14,828 nt of DNA from Thermoplasmata archaeon. Its GTDB lineage: Archaea; Thermoplasmatota; Thermoplasmata; Lutacidiplasmatales; UBA184. The translations under genes and the position numbers were made by a program. Positions 6,797-12,846 of the stretch are shown piece by piece; the first letter of the stretch is position 1; every line of letters begins with the position of its first letter. The notes under the pieces are model-generated. The model was not told where the DNA came from, did no database searches, and was given only the letters and a program-made list of their open reading frames with translations. The stretch spans positions 1-14,828 of the forward strand of contig JAGWLG010000050.1 in NCBI GenBank assembly GCA_028864975.1. The letters are read 5' to 3'.

Positions 6797-6897
6797 GCCC
6801 GGGGACCCCCCTGAGAGAACGTAGCACGTGCGGCCACGTTTCGAGGTTCCCGAAGCCGCCCCGTTCATGTAGTTCGCGGTCCCCCTGGACCGTCACC
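6797..6897. promoter_or_regulatory. Divergent control region of cassette 1: conserved block A (6821-6834), central palindrome (6838-6856), conserved block B with TATA-like TTCATGTA (6855-6882)
   Basis: Ungapped alignment to 12761-12832 at offset 5950: block A 11/14 and block B 24/28 identical. Palindrome GTTTCG-N7-CGAAGC is centred on 6847. Confidence 0.7.
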
Positions 6898-9800
6898 ATG
6901 ACCCCAGGAGCGGGCCCCTGGCTTCCTGCCTCACGCGTGAACGATCTCCGAAGGCGAACCCTTGGGAGGCTGTTGCTGGTCGGGGTTTGGGCCGCGGTGC
7001 TACTCATGCTGCTGCCCAGCGGGGCGTCACCCCACGCGGCGCTCTCCTCATCTCCCCCCGGTGAACCTACCGAGGTGGTCGGGACACGTGAGGTCGCCTC
7101 TTCCCTCGCCTCGGTCGGAACGACCTGGACCCAGCTGTGCCCGTCGTGCGGGCCCTCGCCTCGAGGGGACTCGGCGGAGACCTACGACCCCGCGCTTGGG
7201 TACACCCTCCTCTTCGGCGGGGGGGATGCCTCGAGTGTCCGCCTAGGGGACACCTGGAAGTTCGAGAACGGGAACTGGACGCTGCTGCACCCCGTGACCT
7301 CCCCCACGGCTCGTCAGGGTGCCGAGATGGTCTACGACCCCACGGACCACGAGGTGGTGCTGTTCGGTGGCCTGGACAACTCCCGGAACGTTCTGAACGA
7401 CACCTGGGTTTTCGTCGGCGGGAACTGGACAGCGCTCTCCACGCCCCATGCCCCCGCCCCGCGCTACGACACGGCGATGGTGTGGGATGCCTCCGACGGC
7501 TATGTCCTGCTCTTTGGCGGCTGCCAGGTCGGTTGCGCGTCGACCTTTGGCGACACCTGGAAGTTCCTCGGGGGGGGCTGGACCCAGCTCACTCCGACCA
7601 CGTCGCCCTCGACCCGGGGATGGGTCCCGATGACGTTCGACACGGCGGACGGCGATGTCGTGATCTTTGGCGGGTGCGCCCCGAGCTACGTTTCGCTCGC
7701 CGACACCTGGACCTACCACGCGGGGCTCTGGACCCAGATCTACCCCTCCGCACGCCCCGCGGCACGTTGTGGCGGGCTGAACATGGTCTTCGACGCGTCG
7801 CTCGGGTACGCGATGATGTTCGGCGGCTCGGACAACGGCACGATCCTCCTTGACACTTGGTCGTGGGCCTCGGGAGCGTGGACCCAGCTCTCTCCTGCGG
7901 TCTCCCCCGCGGGCGGTCCTCTTCTTGCGGATGACCCCGCGCAGGCGGGCGTCATGGGCTTCGGTGGGACCATCGGGTGCAACAACTGTGTCGACAACAA
8001 CACTTGGCTCTACCACGATACCGTACCGACCCCGCTCGGCATCTCCTCCTTCTCCGCGTCAAGTTCGGGGGTCGCACTAGGCCAAAGCGTAACCTTCTCG
8101 GTCGTCGCGAAGGGGGGCACCCCTCCCTACACCTTCGCCTACGCCGGGCTCCCGAAGGGATGCTCGTCGGCGAACACCGCCTTGCTCAGTTGCGCGCCAG
8201 CGGCCCCCGGGACCTCGACGACGCGCGTCTACGTGAACGACACGGCGTCGGGCACGGTCTCCGCAACGACCACCCTCGACGTGTACGCCCCGATCTTCCG
8301 CAACTGGACCGAGATCTGTGCGACCTGCGGACCCCTGCCCCGGGGCGACGACCCGATCGCCTACGACCCCATCGACGGCTACACCCTGCTCTTCGCCGGT
8401 GGCACGTCGGTGTCCAACCTCTACAACGACACCTGGATGTTCAGGAACGGCCTCTGGAACCAGCTCCACCCCTCGAGGGCCCCGGTCCCGATGCAGGGGC
8501 CCGACCTGGTCTGGGACCCGGTGGACCATGAGTTCGTCCTCTTCGGAGGCCTGGATACCGGCAGGGTCACCCACAACGAGACGTGGGTCTTCTCCCCGAC
8601 CACCCTGGACTGGACCGAGCTCTCGACCCCTCACGCCCCCGTGCCTCGATACGACGGGAGCATGGTCTGGGACACCTCGGATGGATACGCCCTGCTCTTC
8701 GGAGGGTGCCTGGTCACCTGCAAGCCTACCCTCGGCGACACGTGGACGTTCGTCGGAGGGACCTGGACCGAACTTTCGCCGGCGACCGCTCCGTCCTCTC
8801 GGGGGTGGGCCCCGATGTCCTACGACTCTGCCGACAACGAGGTCGTGCTCTTCGGGGGAGCGGCCCCGAACTACGTGCCACTGGGCGACACGTGGACCTT
8901 CCACGCTGGGAGCTGGACCCAGATCTTCCCCGCCCTCTCCCCTTCGCCCCGCTTCAACGGCATCCAGGGGTTCAACGACGACCCCGCTGTCGGATATGCG
9001 GTCATGTATGGGGGCGGGAACGACACGACCAGCTTCCCTCAGACGTGGGCGTTCCGAGGGGGGAGCTGGACCCCGTTCACCACAGCGGTCTCCCCGGGCC
9101 TGAACGGTGACATGGGGAGCGTCTACGATGCGTCGGCGGGGGGCATGATCATCTTCGGGGGTGGGAGCCCCATCGACAATGCCACCTGGATCTTCGGGCC
9201 GTGGGTCGCCCCGCTCGGCATCCAGCAGTTCGTGGCGAGTCCCGCGGTAATCCCCCTCGGAGGGTCCACGACCCTGACCGTCCAGGCGGTCGGAGGCACA
9301 GCGCCCTATCACTACGCGTACAGCGGTCTCCCGGCGGGCTGCACGAGCACCAATGTCGCCAGCCTCCCATGCTCCCCCTCCGCGGTCGGCACCTACAGCG
9401 TTGATGTGTGGGTCAATGACTCGGCCTCCGGAAAGGTCTCGTCCACGACGAGCTTCACGGTCTACCAACCGATCTTCCACAACTGGACGGAGATCTGCGC
9501 GGCCTGCGGGCCCTCCCCTCGCGGCGACGCCCCGCTCGCCTACGACCCTGTGGATGGCTACACCCTGCTCTTCGGTGGGGGGTCGGGCCCCTCCTACGGC
9601 CCGCGGCTCAATGACACCTGGATGTTCCATAACGGGGTATGGACGCAGCTCCACCCGGCCCACACTCCCGTCGGGCTCCAGGGAGCGGACCTGGTCTGGG
9701 ACCCGACCGACCACGAGTTTGTCCTGTTCGGGGGGCTCGACGGCAATCGGATCACCCACAACGAGACCTGGGCCTTCTCCCCAGTCACCCAGGACTGGAC

Positions 9801-11694
9801 GGAGCTCTCGACCCCACACGCGCCCGCGACACGGTACGACGGGAGCATGGTCTGGGACGCGGCCGATGGCTACGTCCTCCTCTTCGGGGGATGCTACGTC
9901 ACCTGCAAGTCCGTCTTGGGCGACACCTGGAAGTTCCTGGGGGGGACATGGACAGAGCTTACCCCCGCGAGCGTCCCTTCGGCCCGTGGTTGGGCGCCGC
10001 TGACCTACGATTCGGCGGACAGCGAGGTCGTCCTCTTCGGAGGAGCGGCGCCCAACTATGCCGCGCTTGGCGACACCTGGCTGTTCAAGGGCGGGACCTG
10101 GACGGAGATCTTCCCATCCACCTCTCCTGCGGCGCGCTGGAACGGGCTTCAGGGCTTCAGCGACGACCCCGCGCTGGGCTACGCGGTCATGTACGGCGGC
10201 ACCACGGGGGCGGTCAGCCTCTCGGACTCTTGGGCGTTCAAGGCGGGGACCTGGACGCAGGTCACCACCGCGACGAACGCCGGCACGAACGGGGACATGG
10301 GCATGACCTACGACGCGTCGGCCGGTGGGGTCATCATGTTCGGGAACGGTCAACCGGGAACGATCGACAACTCGACCTGGATCTACGGCCCCTGGAGCCC
10401 TCCACCCCTCTCCGTCTCCCTGACCGCGGCCCCGAGCCCGACCGACTCAGGGTCCCCGGTCGACCTCACCGCGACCTCGAGCGGAGGGGCGGGCTCCATA
10501 TCCTACGCGTTCGCCTTCGGCGACGGGAGCCTCGCCTCCGGGATGGGCCCAAAGGTGAACCACACCTATGCTCGGGCCGGGACTTACGTCGCCACAGTCT
10601 GGGCGAACGACTCGGTCTCACAATCCGCTTCCGCTCAGGCCTCGGTGGTCATCCTCCCCCCAATGGTGGTCTCGCTCCAGGCGAGCCCGAACCCCGCGGT
10701 GCTTGGAAGCCCGGTCGCTTTCACCTCCACGGTGAGCGGCGGCCTGGGACCCTACACCTACGCCTGGAACTTCGGGGATGGAGGGCTGGGCGGCAACCTC
10801 GCGAACATCACGCACATCTTTGCCACCAACGGGCCCTTCACGGTGGTCCTCTCCGTCCGGGACGCGAACGGGATCACCGCGTATGGCTCGCTGCAGATCT
10901 CGATCCTCCTGCAGGTCGACATGTCCGCGAACGTCACGCTCGGGGCGACCCCTCTGGTCACGGCGTTCACGAGCTCGGTCACGGGTGGGGTGGGACCCTA
11001 CGCCTACGCGTGGGTGTTCGGCGACGGTGGGACGAGCAACGTAGCCTCCCCGACCCACACCTACACGGTCGCGGGGAGCTACTCTGCGAAGCTGACGGTC
11101 ACCGACGCGGCCGACCACACGGCGGTGCGCACCTGGAACCTGACCGCGTTCTCGGGTGGAGGGCCTCTTCAGGTCGCCTTGAACGCGAATCCCAGCCAGT
11201 TCTATCTTGGGAACTCGACCCTGATCTCCGCCGCCATCACCGGCGGACATGGCGGGTACGTCGTCAGCTGGTCCACGCTCCCTACCTGGTGCTCGGCCTC
11301 AGGGCTGACCTCGCTCTCCTGCAAGCCGACGGTCACCGGGAGCTACACCTTTGAGCTCACGGTTACGGATGCGGCCGGTTCGACACAGACAGGCTCGGTC
11401 ACCATCCATGTCCTGGGGCCGAACCAGAAGACCACGAGCCCGACGGGGCCCTTCGGGCTCCCGGCGACGCTCGGCTGGACCGTGGTCGTCCTCCTGGTGG
11501 TCGCGGCGTTGGCGATCATCCTCGCGGTCACCTACGAGGCACGCCGCCGCTCCCGACGGGTGCCGCCCCCTCCTGCTCCCATTTCCGGGGTCGGTGCGTG
11601 GGCTCCCCCCTCACCCGCCGGCCCCACGGCTCCTGGAGAGCGCAAGCCCATACCCCCTTCGGGGGAAGGGGACCATCTGAGGGACCTGTTCTGA
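6898..11694 (+). CDS. Large membrane-anchored surface protein (1598 aa): signal peptide, 3 six-bladed Kelch-type propellers separated by Ig-like domains, 3 PKD domains, Ig-like domain, TM helix, Pro-rich cytoplasmic tail
   Basis: Blade motif P.PR...m.yD..dgy.llFGG......DTW.f..g.Wt repeats 18 times. PKD signatures y.w.FGDG....HtY...G.Y at 10408-11151. Hydrophobic WTVVVLLVVAALAIILAVTY followed by RRRSRR. Confidence 0.92.
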   Translation: MTPGAGPWLPASRVNDLRRRTLGRLLLVGVWAAVLLMLLPSGASPHAALSSSPPGEPTEVVGTREVASSLASVGTTWTQLCPSCGPSPRGDSAETYDPALGYTLLFGGGDASSVRLGDTWKFENGNWTLLHPVTSPTARQGAEMVYDPTDHEVVLFGGLDNSRNVLNDTWVFVGGNWTALSTPHAPAPRYDTAMVWDASDGYVLLFGGCQVGCASTFGDTWKFLGGGWTQLTPTTSPSTRGWVPMTFDTADGDVVIFGGCAPSYVSLADTWTYHAGLWTQIYPSARPAARCGGLNMVFDASLGYAMMFGGSDNGTILLDTWSWASGAWTQLSPAVSPAGGPLLADDPAQAGVMGFGGTIGCNNCVDNNTWLYHDTVPTPLGISSFSASSSGVALGQSVTFSVVAKGGTPPYTFAYAGLPKGCSSANTALLSCAPAAPGTSTTRVYVNDTASGTVSATTTLDVYAPIFRNWTEICATCGPLPRGDDPIAYDPIDGYTLLFAGGTSVSNLYNDTWMFRNGLWNQLHPSRAPVPMQGPDLVWDPVDHEFVLFGGLDTGRVTHNETWVFSPTTLDWTELSTPHAPVPRYDGSMVWDTSDGYALLFGGCLVTCKPTLGDTWTFVGGTWTELSPATAPSSRGWAPMSYDSADNEVVLFGGAAPNYVPLGDTWTFHAGSWTQIFPALSPSPRFNGIQGFNDDPAVGYAVMYGGGNDTTSFPQTWAFRGGSWTPFTTAVSPGLNGDMGSVYDASAGGMIIFGGGSPIDNATWIFGPWVAPLGIQQFVASPAVIPLGGSTTLTVQAVGGTAPYHYAYSGLPAGCTSTNVASLPCSPSAVGTYSVDVWVNDSASGKVSSTTSFTVYQPIFHNWTEICAACGPSPRGDAPLAYDPVDGYTLLFGGGSGPSYGPRLNDTWMFHNGVWTQLHPAHTPVGLQGADLVWDPTDHEFVLFGGLDGNRITHNETWAFSPVTQDWTELSTPHAPATRYDGSMVWDAADGYVLLFGGCYVTCKSVLGDTWKFLGGTWTELTPASVPSARGWAPLTYDSADSEVVLFGGAAPNYAALGDTWLFKGGTWTEIFPSTSPAARWNGLQGFSDDPALGYAVMYGGTTGAVSLSDSWAFKAGTWTQVTTATNAGTNGDMGMTYDASAGGVIMFGNGQPGTIDNSTWIYGPWSPPPLSVSLTAAPSPTDSGSPVDLTATSSGGAGSISYAFAFGDGSLASGMGPKVNHTYARAGTYVATVWANDSVSQSASAQASVVILPPMVVSLQASPNPAVLGSPVAFTSTVSGGLGPYTYAWNFGDGGLGGNLANITHIFATNGPFTVVLSVRDANGITAYGSLQISILLQVDMSANVTLGATPLVTAFTSSVTGGVGPYAYAWVFGDGGTSNVASPTHTYTVAGSYSAKLTVTDAADHTAVRTWNLTAFSGGGPLQVALNANPSQFYLGNSTLISAAITGGHGGYVVSWSTLPTWCSASGLTSLSCKPTVTGSYTFELTVTDAAGSTQTGSVTIHVLGPNQKTTSPTGPFGLPATLGWTVVVLLVVAALAIILAVTYEARRRSRRVPPPPAPISGVGAWAPPSPAGPTAPGERKPIPPSGEGDHLRDLF
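7126..10386 (+). repeat. Intragenic tandem repeat of a propeller+Ig module, period 1179 nt (393 codons)
   Basis: Equivalent Trp codons at 7126, 8305 and 9484; RGD codons at 7162, 8341 and 9520; Ig-like domains at 8032-8286 and 9211-9465. Confidence 0.9.
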
Positions 11695-11707
11695 GAGGCG
11701 CGGGCGC

Positions 11708-12748
11708 CTACGAACGGACCAATCGGTCGTAGCGGTGGTTCACGGGAGCCCTGAGCGAGGTCAGCGGGACGCGGGTAACCTCGATGCCTTCCAGGTAGTT
11801 CCCCAAGGTTGCCGACACCGATGTGCGCGGCGCGGAGCTTGAGACGGTGGAAGGCGGGAGCGGGGAGACCGCGCCGAGGATCAGGCTCGTCCCGTCGGAC
11901 GCGTACAGGTAGGGGGTCACGAGGCAGCGCGTGACCAGCTCCTCGAGGAGGCGGTCCGGGAGCGAGCCTCGCAGCATCCTACCATGGATGAAGACCAGGT
12001 TTTCGATACGAGGGGCTTGAAGAGCAGAGAGGTGCACGGGGTCGAGGAAGACACGTCGGTGGACCCAGCCTTGCTCCAGGGCCCGGACCTGCGAACGCGG
12101 GAGGAAGAAGGGTGCGTTGAGGTTGGGAGGCCGTCCGGAGCTTTCCACCTCGAAGGGCCGGTTGACGAGCCCAGCGACCGAGACCCTAGCAGGAGCTGAT
12201 GGAAGCCGAGGGGCCGTTGCCCCGGGTTCGCGAGGGACCGAGGTCCAGCCATGGGGGTAGGCGAGGCTTCCCTGAAGCCCAACCGCTCGACTCCAAGCGG
12301 CTTCGAAATCGAAGTAGATCGGGAGCTGAGCAGCACGCGTGTCGAGGGTTAGAGCGAATTGCCGTCGGAGCGCCCTCCCGTCCGAGACATCGCGGATGCC
12401 CGGCAGAGAGGGCTTGGGCGAGCTTCCGAGCCTGACCGCCAGCAGGCCCTGCGGAGAGGTCCAGAGGAGGACGATACGGGGGTCGGCTGACCAGGTCTCC
12501 AGAACTGCGCTGGCGTGCTCGACGAAGGGTTCGGCCAGAATCAGAGTGACAAAGGGGAGCTCGAGGAGGCCGGGCTGCGGTAGATACCGGTCCACGATCC
12601 ACCCCTCCGAGAGAACCCGACCCCGGACGTCGGTGAAAGTTCGGGGAGGGATTCCACTGCCTCGGATCCGGTCCCGCTCAGGCAGGTCCTCGCACGCGAG
12701 TAGCGAGCGGACCACCGCCGCCTCGGCCGGGGTCACGCCTCGGGACAC
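11708..12748 (-). CDS. Putative transcriptional regulator, Lrp/AsnC-like winged HTH with internal duplication (paralog 2)
   Basis: GTG start. Roughly half of the residues match paralog 1 by eye, including SGIPPRTF, EGWIVDRYLP, EPFVE, ADPR, YFDFE, GSLAYPHGW, PFF.PRSQ, GWV.RRVFLDP, SVSATL, GIEV and PVNHRYDR. Confidence 0.75.
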   Translation of the reverse strand: MSRGVTPAEAAVVRSLLACEDLPERDRIRGSGIPPRTFTDVRGRVLSEGWIVDRYLPQPGLLELPFVTLILAEPFVEHASAVLETWSADPRIVLLWTSPQGLLAVRLGSSPKPSLPGIRDVSDGRALRRQFALTLDTRAAQLPIYFDFEAAWSRAVGLQGSLAYPHGWTSVPREPGATAPRLPSAPARVSVAGLVNRPFEVESSGRPPNLNAPFFLPRSQVRALEQGWVHRRVFLDPVHLSALQAPRIENLVFIHGRMLRGSLPDRLLEELVTRCLVTPYLYASDGTSLILGAVSPLPPSTVSSSAPRTSVSATLGNYLEGIEVTRVPLTSLRAPVNHRYDRLVRS

Positions 12749-12846
12749 CGGGTCACGCCCCTGTCAAACTGTAGCATTCGCGGCACCGCGTACAGTGAGC
12801 GTACGCCGACCCGTTCTTGTAGTTCACGGACCGACTCCCTCCCGCC
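12749..12846. promoter_or_regulatory. Divergent control region of cassette 2: block A (12771-12784), perfect palindrome GCGTAC-N7-GTACGC (12788-12806), block B with TATA-like TTCTTGTA (12805-12832)
   Basis: Homologous in position and sequence to 6797-6897; read directly from the sequence. Confidence 0.7.

Noticed and set aside
6826-6839. ACGTG-N4-CACGT palindrome in control region 1
   Set aside because: It has no positional counterpart in cassette 2, unlike the 6-7-6 palindrome; kept only as a possible auxiliary site.
7162-7170. RGD tripeptide in every canonical propeller as an integrin-binding motif
   Set aside because: It sits at the Kelch P-x-P-R blade-start position, so pocket or structural conservation explains it. 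Nothing in the window indicates an animal host.
7126-10386. Galactose oxidase or other enzymatic assignment for the propellers
   Set aside because: No copper-ligand His/Tyr-Cys arrangement or C-terminal catalytic domain is recognisable, so only the fold is supported.
8077-11354. Long alternative-frame ORFs (8077..10353 minus, 758 aa; 9639..11354 plus, 571 aa)
   Set aside because: Shadows of the 1598-aa gene; R/G/P-rich with no independent motifs.
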